From: the human T2T-CHM13v2.0 reference genome, Homo sapiens
Direction of reading: 5' to 3'
DNA: 64,000 nucleotides
Assembly: GCA_009914755.4 (NCBI GenBank)
Contig: CP068257.2
Coordinates: forward strand, 33,280,001 to 33,344,000
Shown here: positions 1-12,830 of the stretch, piece by piece
Numbering within the stretch: the stretch's first letter is position 1
Layout: every line of letters begins with the position of its first letter
Program-made: the position numbers and the translations under genes
Notes under the pieces: model-generated
Seen by the model: only the letters and a program-made list of their open reading frames with translations
What the model was told of the DNA's origin: nothing
Databases searched by the model: none

Positions 1-1775
1 TCCAGACTTGGATCCATGGATTGATCTTTGCCCTCATCCAGTCTGTTGCCAAGATCTCTTTTTGATTTCTTTGGCTGATAACAATTCGGCCCCCACCTTT
101 CAATTCCTATTGACATCATTCTGGTTCAAGTTCTCATTACCTCTCTGAAGATTTCTTACAAAGATCTCTGAAAAAGGGGGTTCCTGCTAATTGTATACAG
201 TACTTCCAGATTAGTCTCCTGCACCATAGTTCTGCTGTGTTCTCCTGGGCATCTGGAATTCAATGCAAGGTCTTTAGCACAGTTCTGCAGGATTAAGAGC
301 TACCCTTCCTGTCCTCATCTTGGAGGGGGGCAGATCCTTCTGCCTCAGGTGAAATTGCCTCTTAAAGACCAATCACATGCTTTATCATCATTTCCACATC
401 TCCTATGTGACTTGAATTATAATATATTTTGGGTTATAGCTATTTAAATATATTGGGTGGTGGGGCGGGTGAGAGGAAGTGGTGGAACCACCCCTTCCCT
501 GGCTTCAGGTTTCCATGTGGAACAACATTCCTTAGTGTAAAACTCTTGACCTCTTTTTACACCCTCATTCCTCCTCCACCATAAAAGATTGAATTACCTA
601 GTTAGTAGCGTTGGAAGCAGAAACTGGTTGTAGAAGGCAGAAGCATAAAATGAACCCCTCAAACTTTCCACCCTAATCCCTGGGGCTGGGAATATGATGA
701 GTTGTCATGCTCTGGTTATGTTACATGGAAAAAAAGAGATTTTTTTTTGCATATGTAATTAAGGTTACTAATCAGTTGGCTTTGACTCATGCAACAGAGA
801 GATTTTCCTGGTAGCCCTAATCTAATCACAGGAGACCATTACAAACACAGTGTTTTCTCAGGCTGGGGCAGAAGTGAAGTCAGCATTGTAGCTAGAAGAC
901 AGAGCAGGCACTTGCAAGAACTAGAGAGCAGTCTCTAGATGCCGAGGGTGACCCCTGATTGACAGCCAGCAAGGAAATGAGGGCCACTATGCTACAGCCC
1001 CATGGAATTGCATTCTGCCAACTACCTGCATGAGCTTGGAGGTGAATTTCTCCCTAAAGCCTTCAAGTAAGGGCTCAGGTTATCCAACCCCTGGATTTTT
1101 GGCCTTATGAAGCTGTGAGCAGAGAATCTAGTACAGCACCACCAGATTTCCGACCTGCAGAACTGTGGGCTAAATTTGTTTAAGGTGCTAAGCTTGGCAA
1201 TTTGCTCGTTTTACAGCAATAAGAAAACAAGTACCCTGGGCATGCTCTTTCCCTCTCCTTATTCTTTTGGGGAGACACTGCTTGGGTATTGGTGAGTGAG
1301 TCTCCCTATTTCTGGAGCTCAGTAGCAGGAAGCCACATACCTAAGCCATGCTCTCCAAAAGTTCTATCAGTGACCAAGCTGGTATTTTTATCTCCATCTG
1401 CTTGACTCCTTTGTCATCTCACTGTTGATTGTGGATCACCGGAGAGCAGGGGTGTTTTTTATTGAGCCTCCTAACAGCCCACCAGATAATTGTCTTCATC
1501 TCTCTAGATTCACTCTCATTCCCACACAAACGCACCAGTGGATTGTGAACACCTTGCCAGCGAGGCTGTGTTTTACTCACCTTTAAATTCCCTAGGCAGC
1601 ACTGCAGAAAGTGAATGCGTACCTGAGCCCCTGTGAGTCTGGTTAACTACAGATTCTGCCTCAGCAGGTCTCGGAAGAAGCCTGAGATTCTTGGTTTCCC
1701 ATAAGCTCCCAGTGTTGCCACTGCTGCTGGTTCAAGGTCTGCACTCAGAGTTGGAGGATCCAGTATCTCAGATAG

Positions 1776-2076
<301 letters not shown>

Positions 2077-2111
2077 GCGATTGGACTTTTTAAGCTGTTG
2101 TTATGGCCTGA

Positions 2112-2430
2112 ATGTTTGTATCCCTCCAAAATTCACATTGAAGCCCTAATCCTCTATGTGCTGCTATGAGTAGGATATGTGGGAGGTGATTAGATTAAGA
2201 TGAGGTTGTGAGGCTGGGGTCCTCATGATGGGATTAATGCTCTTATAAGAAAAGACCAGATTGATCTCTCTCTCTCTCTTTCTCTCTCTCTCCCTCCCTC
2301 CCTCCACCGAACCCAATCGTGCTGGTACCCTGATCTCAGACTTCCCAACCTCCAGAGCTGTGAGGAAATACATGTCTGCTGTTTAAGCCACCCAGTCTGT
2401 GGTATTTTGTTATAGCAGCCTGAGCTGACC
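2112..2430 (-). mobile_element. ERVL-MaLR solitary LTR (MLT1-like), minus orientation, with an internal (CT)n
   Basis: Carries the hallmark GTATCCCTCCAAAATTCACATTGAAGCCCTAATCC...TCATGATGGGATTAATGCTCTTATAAGAA...CCTCCAGAGCTGTGAGGAAATACATGTCTGCTGTTTAAGCCACCCAGTCTGTGGTATTTTGTTATAGCAGCC. This matches the remembered MLT1 consensus in reverse complement. Confidence 0.6.
2266..2312. repeat. (CT)n/(CCCT)n microsatellite embedded in the LTR
   Basis: ctctctctctctttctctctctctccctccctccctcc. Confidence 0.9.
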
Positions 2431-2754
2431 AAGACAAGTATGGTAATAGAAGTCACCAGTACATCTTCTATCAGGCCTCACAAGGAGCTGCTTTACATAC
2501 ATTATCCCATTTAATTCTTGAGCAGTGAGTGGTCCATCATTACTCCCTTCACTTTACAAATGAGGACACTTAAGATTTAGTAATCAGCTCACCCATTCTC
2601 AGCCCATGCAGTTTGCCTGCAGAGTGCCCGGTTGCAGCCAGCAGCTTGCAAGATGGTCAAAACATTGTATTACCAGTCAAATTTCCTTATTAGATCCTGA
2701 CAAGTTGCCTTTAAACCATTAGGACAGGCTGAATTCAGAGGCTCAAGCTTCTAA

Positions 2755-2862
2755 CTCCAGTGCTTTGGAAGGCCAAGGCTGGATGATTGCTTGAGCACAG
2801 GAGTTTGAGACCAGCCTGGGCAACATAGCAAGACCCCATCTCTACAAAAAACAAACAAAAGC
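2755..2862 (+). mobile_element. Alu left-monomer fragment (FLAM-like or 5'-truncated), plus orientation
   Basis: GCTTTGGAAGGCCAAGGCTGGATGATTGCTTGAGCACAGGAGTTTGAGACCAGCCTGGGCAACATAGCAAGACCCCATCTCTACAAAAAACAAACAAAAG. No right monomer follows. Confidence 0.75.
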
Positions 2863-3141
2863 TATGTGGACATTCTTTCTTATTCTAGAGCAGCACATCC
2901 AATAGAAATATAATGAGAGTCATATACATAATTTAAGATTTTCTAGTAGCCACATTAAAAAAGTAATGGGCAAAATAAATTTTAATATGTTTTATTTAAC
3001 CCAATCTATTGAAAACATTGTCATTTGAACATGTAATCAATATGAAAATTATTAATGAGCTATTTTACATTTTTCTTTTGTTTCTGTACTATGTCTTCAA
3101 AAGTCTGTGTGTATTTTACATTTATAGCGCATCTCAATTTG

Positions 3142-3232
3142 GTTTAGCCACATTGCAAGTGGTCAATACTCATTTGTGGCTAGTGGCTACCATATTGGAC
3201 AGTACAGTTCTACAGGAACCACTCAAAACACA
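3142..3232 (+). mobile_element. Unclassified interspersed repeat, probably an old non-autonomous (hAT-like) DNA transposon family; copy A
   Basis: TTAGCCACATTGCAAGTGGTCAATACTCATTTGTGGCTAGTGGCTACCATATTGGACAGTACAG. It shares the CACATGTGGCTAGTGGC(T/C)ACCA... core with the copies at 30880 and 33335. I cannot recall the family name with confidence. Confidence 0.45.
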
Positions 3233-4093
3233 ATTCACCCTGGATAGCAATTTTGCTACTAGTCTGCTAGTGCTTGAGTGAGCTGTTTTTAAACTGCTGT
3301 TAGTGAGGACCACTAAATAGTGCATCTTACTTGACTCGTGTTTTCCCTCTGAGCTGTCCTGAAGCAAAGTTCAGAATTTTTATTACAGCATGACTTGATT
3401 GACTCAAAGGTGGAAGAACACACATACTCAGCAGCAATAACTGAGTTGCAAAGGCCTACTAACCACTGACAACACCACTAATGCATTTTTACAGCCATGG
3501 ATAGCCACAAGTTAATCTCACACATTGTTCATTTCCACTTAACATTCACCAGTCATGCATGCCTCAGCCTATAAAACAGTGCTTTGGTTTCCTTGAGCTC
3601 GGAAACAATATTACAAAAGCATCTCCTGTCCCTTTCTTTTCCAGCAAAACCAGTTCCCTATGAAACACACCTGACGTATTTTTAAATATAAGCATTATGG
3701 ATCAGAAATTGGAGGTTCTATTTTTAATAGGCCATGATTTTAAAATAGAATTTCCAATTGGTTAAACGATACTCACTCTCAAATAGGAATTCCTATAAAC
3801 AGGTTTATTTTGAAATATAGCATATAAATTTTTCAAAAAGCCATCAATGTTTCAGTTTGCTGGCAATCTACCAGTTAAAACACAGTAATAGATCAATTCA
3901 GTGAGGGAGCTACTGGTCTAATGGTCTAAGCTATGGAATCCATCCTCATCAGAAGAAATAACCAAGGAGCGGGAATGTGGGGAGAGGTTCACAACAGAAA
4001 CCACTGCCCCTACTTGCCTGTGTTGGTTCTTAAGGGGCTGCTGGGAACCCCTGAAGGTCCAAGTGTCTCTTTTGTGCAAAGATACCAGTTTCT

Positions 4094-4414
<321 letters not shown>

Positions 4415-4484
4415 CTATCTGTTAGTCTTACGGGTTGAAGACAGAGGTTAAGGGGCCAACGTGTGGACCCTGGAAAGGGTGTGA

Positions 4485-4540
4485 GCCCTTCTCCACATTC
4501 TCTTTGGTGTGGGCCCTTCTCCACATGCTCTTTGGTTCCG
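4485..4540. repeat. 28-bp tandem duplication (x2)
   Basis: GCCCTTCTCCACATTCTCTTTGGTGTGG is followed by GCCCTTCTCCACATGCTCTTTGGTTCCG. Confidence 0.8.
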
Positions 4541-5339
4541 TCAGCTACAGACAGAGGTTATGTTTTAAGAGATAGACTGAGAAGTCACTCTCCACATGAA
4601 ACCAGTCTTCTCTTCGAGTGATATCCTTCAGCTAAGCATTGTGAGAAAGTATCCAAGTGGAGCATCTGAAAATTGCGCTCCAGGGAGGGGAGTTTAGGGA
4701 CTTGTCCATGGCTTTCAGTTCCCTAATTGGCGAATGTCACACCAGTAAGATTTCCTGGTGGATGATAGATGCAGAGTCTATAAAGTTGCTAATACTTCTG
4801 GAGTCTGCTTTCTTTTGTAATCTGCTTTATTTGAGGCATTTTAGTTAATATATTTAAAGCTATTTCCACCACAATGAATAGGAAATGTGACATGATTTTT
4901 CTAAGTTGAGTAAAAAAGAAATGAATGAATGTATGAATTAAAAGCAGGGGTCCTGTTCCTCATGTCCCACATGCTATCCCACAGCAAATGCTCCTTCCCA
5001 AACAGAATCGTTTATTTGGATTCTTTGTGTTTATAATTTACTCTTTCACTAGGAGAATTATGAGATAGAAAGTATTTTTTCCTTAAGCAACTTTTGTGTT
5101 CAAAAATAACAGAGTGATTTTAATTGGTTCTTGAAGGGAGGAGGGTAGGGGATTAACTGCAGACCAGCTTGATAAGACGACCCTTGGTGAGCTGGTAGAG
5201 CAGTAGGTAGGTCTGTGTTAGACCTTAAATGTGGACAATGGTGGGTACAGGACAGGCAAAGGAAATACCCCAAAGCTGGCTGAAACAGCAAATTTCTACA
5301 TGGACAACTAATTCTTGGATACTTGGAGTAAAGACATCA

Positions 5340-5422
5340 ATATATATTATAAAGACATAAATACATATATATTCTATATAAAGGTATACATGAGATTCAC
5401 ACACACACATATATTATCTTCA
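5340..5422. repeat. Low-complexity TA/CA-rich simple repeat
   Basis: tatatattataaagacataaatacatatatattctatataaaggtatacatgagattcacacacacacatatatta. Confidence 0.7.
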
Positions 5423-5584
5423 AATGATAGCTAGGTAATCATTCACTCAGATTCCAAATTCAAAATTTAAGATTTAGAGTTATTGATGACTGGATTAATT
5501 CACGCAATTAACATGAACCCCAATATATTTGAGTGCAGGAGTACTCACTATCTCATAAGGTAGAGGAACCTGTAGGAAGTTTGT

Positions 5585-5655
5585 TACTAGCCATGTGAGC
5601 AAGTTAGTTACTTACCTTGCCCCAGCCTCAGCCTCCTCATCCACAAAACAAGAGG
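5585..5655 (+). mobile_element. MIR SINE core fragment
   Basis: ACTAGCCATGTGAGCAAGTTAGTTACTTACCTTGCCCCAGCCTCAGCCTCCTCATCCACAAAACAAGAGG. This matches the MIR core ...CTTGGGCAAGTTACTTAACCTCTCTGAGCCTCAGTTTCCTCATCTGTAAAATGG. Confidence 0.5.
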
Positions 5656-8600
5656 CTTGGACAAGGTGGGTTTTCCAGCTCCAGGAACATTTATGCAAAT
5701 GCCACTTGGAATTGTGGGAAATCGGCCCGGGTCTGGTGCTTACCCATGTCAGCATATGGCTAGAGTGAACTTGGGTTTCGAGTGGGAAGGGGCCAGGAAG
5801 GAAAAAGAGGACCCAGAATCAACTAGAGATAGGACATTTTAAGGACTTTCCCATTTCACATAGGGTTTCTCTAATTTCACATAAGTATTGCCTGTTTTAA
5901 AAAGCAGATTCAAGAAGATATGATTTAAAACAAGTATACACATAAAAATAACTCTGAGATTCTGCATCTTCTAGAAAATCACAGACATGTTGCTATCGTA
6001 TTCTATAATTTACATGGTGATTGAGAATAGACCCACAGTTACTCAGTGTTATCCAAAATAATTTATTATTATAATCACTAAAAATATTACAATTCAGCTC
6101 TTTGATTAATTCTGTTTACTCCATGCCCACCAAATTAGTGAAGTTTCACTATGTATATTACAAAATAATAGTTTAAAAATAATATGGATGTACAATATAG
6201 TTTAATTCCTATGCAATAAACAGATAAGCTTCATTATTATTATTACAACTGTTACTACCTCAAATTTGTGACTTTTTTACTAAAATAAAATTTTTCCTAT
6301 TTATGATCCCATATAGACTATAGAGAAATTTCCCACAAACATAGCAGAATTCCTTAGAAAGGGAATATAGAAGCTTTAGCTAAATTTTGGGTGCCGAATC
6401 ACCTATTTGTTTTGGGACATAGAAAGTCTACTCAAGAATCCAGAGTAAGACCTTGATCTCAGTCTTGCTTACAAGGTCTTGATCTGTGAAGGAAGTGCTG
6501 AGATATCTACATTTGTCAATTAAATAATAAATTGCCAAATATCAGCCTTAGAGTATTCTATAGGCACTCGGATAAGATGGCAAATACTTTCATATTAATC
6601 CTGTTATCTTCAAATTTGGAAAACAGACTGTTATAAGAAACAGTTGGCTAAGACTATCAATATCCTGCTTTCTTGTGGGGTCATGAAATTGCCATAGTTT
6701 ACAAAAACTTTAAAATTTCATGTTGTAGTCTGAAATAAAAAATAGCTGGAAAAAGCAACAATAGAAGTAATAATCCTATTCTCTAATTACGTAATTATAT
6801 TTTCTAAATTTCATGAAACTGCTAAGATCTGTATTGTAATGGTTACATATTTTCAGGTTACATTATTACTATTATACAATTGATATTCAATAAATGATAC
6901 CTTTTTATGGGTAATACATTGAAATGGAATAGTAAACATTTTTTGCGGAGACTTCTCATAAAACATCATTGTCTACCTCTCAAACAATAGTTAAGTGAGA
7001 TTTAAACTTTTTTATATGATTGTTTTGGACTTGCTTAGAAAAATACTACCATTTAAAACTATATTCTAAAAGGTAAGGTAAATTTTGCTAGAATTTTTGA
7101 ATTAAAAAATGGTGATATTTCTGTAGAGTTATCTTTTTGAAAGGTAGAGAGAAAGAGTGGAAAGATTTTTTTAATAAAATTAAACTAAAACATCTGAAAA
7201 TAGATATGACTTGATAGCTAATTTTTAATTTATATTTATACGTGCAATGAAAGCTATATTCAGAGATCATCCAAAAATTATTAGAAACATACAAACAACA
7301 CTTGAAAAATGTTATCACATATTTTTGCAGAGTAGGTTGTTTTGAAAACAGCCAGAGCAAAGAAACAGATGATCACCAAAATATTACCACAAATGAGCCC
7401 AAAAATAAATTATAGGTCATTTCTAGTTGAACCACTGACCAATTAGTGCACTAATCTTGAGTAACTACATAGCACACTCCCATTTTTTTCTTTCCTAGTT
7501 ATCTTAACAATTCAAATGCATGTGAAGATACCCATTTTGAGGAGAATTTAAAATGTATTATTGGTTGATACAGCACTTCTAGGTAAGTTCTCAAGGGGGG
7601 CCTGCAGCAAATATTTACATAAATGTGGACTTTAAGATTGTTTCAGAAGTATTCTGTTTTAGGAGGTTCTGTAATTGTCAACTTCTCGGTTTAGGAAGAA
7701 CCTCACGTTTTAGAGAAGAATATTCTAGATCAAGTCTTTTTCCTTAATGCAGAAATAGTAAAGTTTCTAAAATAGAAATCATTTTGTTTAGCCTTCTCTT
7801 TAACCAAAAACACCAAATAATGAAGTAGACTTCTAAGGAGGAAAGAAGAAAACTTTACCAAATATGCCAGTGGGGGCTCCACTTTTAGTCTGCAAACCTC
7901 TACACCTGGGAGCTGCGCTGTCAAATTGAGTCAGGTCCTGATTGAGCTGAATGATAGACACATAGTGCCCAGACACCGTGCACAGTGAACTCACTCTAGG
8001 AGACCCGCACGCCCCCTTCTCCCAATTCACCCACTGCTCTGGAGGTCATTATTTAACACCGGCAAATTGAACGACAACATGAAATGAAGTGCAAGATGTA
8101 GATATTTCTTCCCCCTCACTAATCTCGCTCACAAGAGAATTCATTCTTTTCTTTTTGCCTCAGGCATATCCAGGCTAGCAATTTTCATTTTGCTACCTAA
8201 ATGATTTCCCCATCCCCCACCTTTCCCAATTAGAGTGGAAATGGATTAAGACTTCAGGTTAACCCCTCCGTTACTGGGAATGAGAAGGAAATAACGTTAT
8301 TATGTGTAAGCTTTATTTTCACCGTTGTGTATGATGCTCTTTTCTGATCATGGTAAACACAGATTTAATTAATCCCACTCTCCCCAAAAGACATTCCTTT
8401 AGTGAAGATATGACACTGCCTTAAGGTAAAGAGCAAGAGAAAAACTTCTTTAGCCAGAATGTTATTCTGTTAACTTGTCATCTTTAAAGTGTTCTAGAAT
8501 GCTTATGAGTAAAATTAGGAAATTTGGATACAAAGTAGGAAGTTATATGGAAGCATAAAAGCACATTGGTTCTTCAGTTACAGAGAATGGATACAACAAA

Positions 8601-9394
8601 AGTTAATACTTCCTTGGTTTTTACTAAGCTTGAAATATCTGGATCTAAAAAAATTAAGTGTGGGATAAATATCTAGAAAATGCTGGATCATCTGAAACTT
8701 ATCACGTAGCTTTTCCCCCTACAGAACCTAAAAATAAAAACTTCTCTAGAAAAAAAGCATCCTCTCTTTACTGATCTTTAAAAATTTTAAATGTTGAAGC
8801 CCTGAGTATGTATACCTCACATAACTCCTCTATAGCAACCTATAAAACAAGAATCCTCTCTCCTGGTGGTCTGTTTATTTTGCTATGAACAAAAGGGAAG
8901 GAGCTTCAGTATTTCTGAAAATAACCTGAATTCCCCTTTGAGACAAAGTTTTGGATTTTCGAAAGTAAATGTGGTACTTTTCTATTTTTTAAACTAATAT
9001 ATAAGTGTACATACTATTGGCTTTGTTGGTCAAGAAAACAGTTTATCATACCAGGAAGAGACTGGGTAGCAGAACAGCAGCCTACGAATGCATTAGATTT
9101 GGGTTATGCTGGGTTTTGACAGGTTTGGGGGTTTAAGAAACTGGGTTGGTTCGTCACTAGGAATCCATTAAGTGTTGCTAGTCCGTGAGGACAGAGAAAG
9201 CTGTGGAATTCATTCCTCAAAAGCAAAAGCCTTATTTGTGCTAATAGGGTTATAACAACTGAGCAAATTTTAGTGGACAAATAGTAGAGGTCCTTAACAT
9301 TTACTGAGCTATTCTGAGCTTCAGACATTGTGGCAAGGGCTTTCTGTGCATTATGTCATTTAATCCTTTTGGTAATACTATTAATTTAGGAACA

Positions 9395-9500
9395 ATTATC
9401 CCCTAAGGCTTAAAGAAGTTAGACAACTTGCCCAAGGCCACATAGAGATGGAGCAGTGAAAGTAAGAATTTGACCCAGTCAGTGCACAGAGTAGACAATC
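9395..9500 (-). mobile_element. MIR SINE fragment, minus orientation
   Basis: GGCTTAAAGAAGTTAGACAACTTGCCCAAGGCCACATAGAGATGGAGCAGTGAAAGTAAGAATTTGACCCAGTCAG. This is the reverse-complement MIR core (GAGGTTAAGTGACTTGCCCAAGGTCACACAGCTAGTAAGTGGCAGAGCTGGGATTCGAACCCAGG). Confidence 0.6.
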
Positions 9501-10671
9501 TTTGAATTGCATGCATTTAAATAAAAAAAGGCTGTTCTTCATAGTTCTCATTGAATAAGTTTCATAGACAATGACTTTCCCAAAGGACTCCTTTTGCTTC
9601 TGAAGGGCAGCCACTCTCCAGTTAAAGGGGATTTGCAAACAGGCCCACTCTGGATTGCAGTACAAGGAAAGGAACTGCTTTAGAAACACAGAACCCAGAT
9701 AGATGGATAAATATTTCAATGCCTTTCCAGAATAGTACTTAAGAAGCAGAGCCCATCTCAGTTTGGGTTTGAGCCCATGGCCTTATGGTTTAAATATAAA
9801 ATGCATTAAAGCTCTTTATTTAGAGAGTCACGTGCCCTTTTGTGGGAGCAGCCCCAATTCTCCCTCTGACTTTAGTGAGTGTACAATGCAAATAGGTGTT
9901 TTGATATTGTCATTAGTATTCATTATTCATGAGGACTTGATCGTGTATTCAAAGTCAGCCAGGAGGGTCATGTGCCCCCTTCAGTGAAAACCTTGACTCT
10001 AAGGACAGCACTTTCCTGGTGTACAGTCTTTGGGGGCTCTTGACAGCAAGAAAACCTAAACAGGAGAATCCCACTTAGCATCTGCCCACAGGTAAGGGGC
10101 ACAGAGAAGGAGATATAGACTTCTAATTTAGCAAAAAGAAGTATGCTGCCATGTGAAAAGTTTCTAAACAGTGACTTCTAAACAATAGGTTGTGACCCAT
10201 AGATTGGTTGTTAATAATAATAATAACAAAAGCAAGGTAAGAAGAAGAAATAGAACAGAATAACTGGAAAATAGAGTGCTTCATCAGTAGTAAGGGTGAA
10301 TACTGCTTCCTGAAGCTCTTTTTTTGATTGATGTATCTCCCCTGAGCCCTGGCATACTATTTACTTCTTACTGTTTCTTGCTATTCAAAAAGTTTGCAAG
10401 CCTCTAGCCTAAAATGTCTTATTTTCTTAGTACTCAATTTGTTACTTGACTTGGTGTTTGGCTCCCTGTGACTCTCTGAAGTTCTCCTTTCTGTGCCTCC
10501 GCTTCCACCTTTGCCAAGTCTAAAATCATGCCATGTAAAAGTTATCAAGAAAACCAATTAAATCATAACTGCCGAAGTGCCTTGTCAAGCTAAACAGTCA
10601 TGAGAGGTGAAGGATTATTATGAAATAAAACAGAGTGAAGCTGTTTTGAAGGCCATCCTTCTGTGGAATAG

Positions 10672-10759
10672 CATTGGGTCATTTCGTTCAGAGGCGAAAA
10701 GATTCTTAGCAAACATTGGGTCATTTTGTTTAGAGGTGAAAAGATTCTTAGCAAACATT
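10672..10759. repeat. 42-bp tandem duplication (about 2.1 copies)
   Basis: CATTGGGTCATTTCGTTCAGAGGCGAAAAGATTCTTAGCAAA is followed immediately by CATTGGGTCATTTTGTTTAGAGGTGAAAAGATTCTTAGCAAA and then CATT. The six-frame track on the minus strand shows the repeated peptide LLRIFSPLN(K/E)MTQC. Confidence 0.9.
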
Positions 10760-11792
10760 TTGTCCAATCCATTTAGTTTATAGAGGGAAAAGGAGGCTCT
10801 GAAAAGTGAGTGGCTCTTCTAAGCTCCCGAAACAGTGGCTGATCTGGGACCCCCTGACCTGTGAATTTGTGGTCCACCCCCATGCTCTGCCACTCCTCCA
10901 AGAGCCGTTTTGCTACTTCTTTAAAAAAGGGAGGGTCTTATGAAATTGTATTTACAGAAAATTTACAACTCATGCAAAGCTAAATGGATTTCTTCCCTTT
11001 CAAAGTGGTTTCCTGATTGCAATCACATAAATTAAACTCCAGCCCCAAAAAAGTCATTCGAACAGAGTAATGATACATCTCCAAGAAGAGATACAGAGAA
11101 TTCTTTGAAATTCTCAAGAAATAATGCAATGAGATGCAAAAGGGTAACTATTATTAATCTTCTTCCTGAAGTGTCAATCAGGAAGGTATTTTTAAATTGT
11201 ATTGGAAAGGAAGAAGAGACAATGTTTCTTCCCATTAATGATCTGAACTGAAAGTAAGGGAGGAACTAAAAAATGTGCAAAATGTCCTCGGGGAAAAAAA
11301 GTAGTATAAAACATAGTCTTGGATGATACAGCAAGGTCGTTGCTCAATTTTATGTTGTAACACTATTTTAACTGTCACCAAGGGCTGGGATAGCAAATAT
11401 TGCATCAACTCTGCAAGGTGTTTCCTGGGTTTTGTGGACAGGGGGGTCGGGGGAGGTGCAATCTCCATTCTTGTGAAGGCCAGATAAAGACTTCTGCTGC
11501 AAGCCACTATCTTTTTGTGCTGAAGCTGTAGATAACACAGTTTCACACCCTGCTGCCCAAGTCCTGCTTTCCCAATTTGTAGGTCTTTATTGCAAAAGTC
11601 TTTTGTGTTTGTTTTATCAGACACATTTTATCATCCTTCTCCAAACACCCTTTGTCAAAGTCAGCCTTTGAACTTCTTTTGCATATACATAGAATGGGAC
11701 CAATGATTCAGGATATGTAACAGGCTTATCTTATAATTCTAAAGAAAGAGGAACAGAGCCATTGACCTTTCTTCTATATTTTCTTGGGGCTG

Positions 11793-11835
11793 GTGTGTCT
11801 GTGTGTGTGTGTCTGTGTGTGTGTATGTGTGTGCT
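11793..11835. repeat. (TG)n microsatellite with interruptions
   Basis: gtgtgtctgtgtgtgtgtgtctgtgtgtgtgtatgtgtgtg. Confidence 0.9.
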
Positions 11836-12017
11836 AGGGGTAAGATGTACAATCTCATTACCTTTAGAAGATAATGCAATAGATTATCCTATACCAATAA
11901 TTTATGCCTTTTAGTTTTGCACAAATTAAACCTGAATCTTAAAGTTCAACTTGTCTAGGATTGTACTAAAGGCCGCATTGCAGGTAGGGCTAATTTCGGG
12001 GTCTGATCCGTGTGGCT

Positions 12018-12095
12018 CCCCATGCTCCTGACAGTACACCAGGACCACTCTGTGTTCACTCCCGTGTGCAGTCCCCATGCTCCTGACAGTACACC
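12018..12095. repeat. 23-bp direct repeat with a 55-bp period
   Basis: CCCCATGCTCCTGACAGTACACC occurs at 12018-12040 and again at 12073-12095. Confidence 0.7.
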
Positions 12096-12451
12096 CGACC
12101 CTAAGATTCTTGCTTCGCTTGCCTTTGATATGGTGATCTCTGGAACTGAGTATCAAACCTTGCTTGAGGAATTAAAATGCTTGCTCATATCACTTATATC
12201 TTTTAAATGTGGAAAACAGAGAGAATCCACTTGGAGCACATCAGATAGGTTTATTACTTTGTTCCTCCCTTGTCATTTTTTGCATGTCTCACATCAAACC
12301 CTCCTCTGCAACAGTGAAAATATAGGATGGGATAGATGAAGAAGGTGGTACTCCTTCCTTCTCTGGGCACAGAGGCAATTTCTCAGTGCAGCTCACATGT
12401 GGCTACAAACACAGAGTATCACTTTCTTATACAGACCAGGTCACTGTTCCT

Positions 12452-12472
12452 CAAAAAAAAAAAAAAAAAAAA
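12452..12472. repeat. Poly(A) tract (A21)
   Basis: cctcaaaaaaaaaaaaaaaaaaaaagatgg. Confidence 0.9.
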
Positions 12473-12712
12473 GATGGTGTTCTATTTGATAACCTGCACT
12501 TCTCCAGAGTGACCTCTTCAGCTGAGTCTGGAAGACTTGCCTTAGGCAAGTCCCCCGGGTCTCTGGCTACAGAGGGCCATCCTCCATGAGAGATGAGCTT
12601 GTTTCATTGTTGCAAAGTATAGCCAAGCTGATACATTTTAGCAAGACTAAAACTTAATCTTTAGGGTTCTGGGTCCTTTCATCAAATTTCCTCTGCTCAC
12701 ACCATGATCTCC

Positions 12713-12830
12713 ATTGTCTCCTCCTCCTCCTCCTGCTCCTCCAGTTCCTCTTTCCTTTCTTCTTCTTTACCTCCTCCCTCCTTGCTTCCTTCTGCCTCTT
12801 CCTCCTCCTCCTTCTTCTTCAACTATTATC
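12713..12830. repeat. Polypyrimidine (CT/CTC-rich) tract of about 118 bp
   Basis: ctcctcctcctcctgctcctccagttcctctttcctttcttcttctttacctcctccctccttgcttccttctgcctcttcctcctcctccttcttcttc. The plus strand is more than 90% pyrimidine. Confidence 0.9.

Noticed and set aside
12452-12472. Isolated A21 (and A20 at 40112-40131) as tails of processed pseudogenes or retrocopies
   Set aside because: The upstream sequence shows no recognisable SINE or mRNA-like body and no flanking direct repeats. These are more likely degenerate SINE tails or simple poly-A microsatellites.
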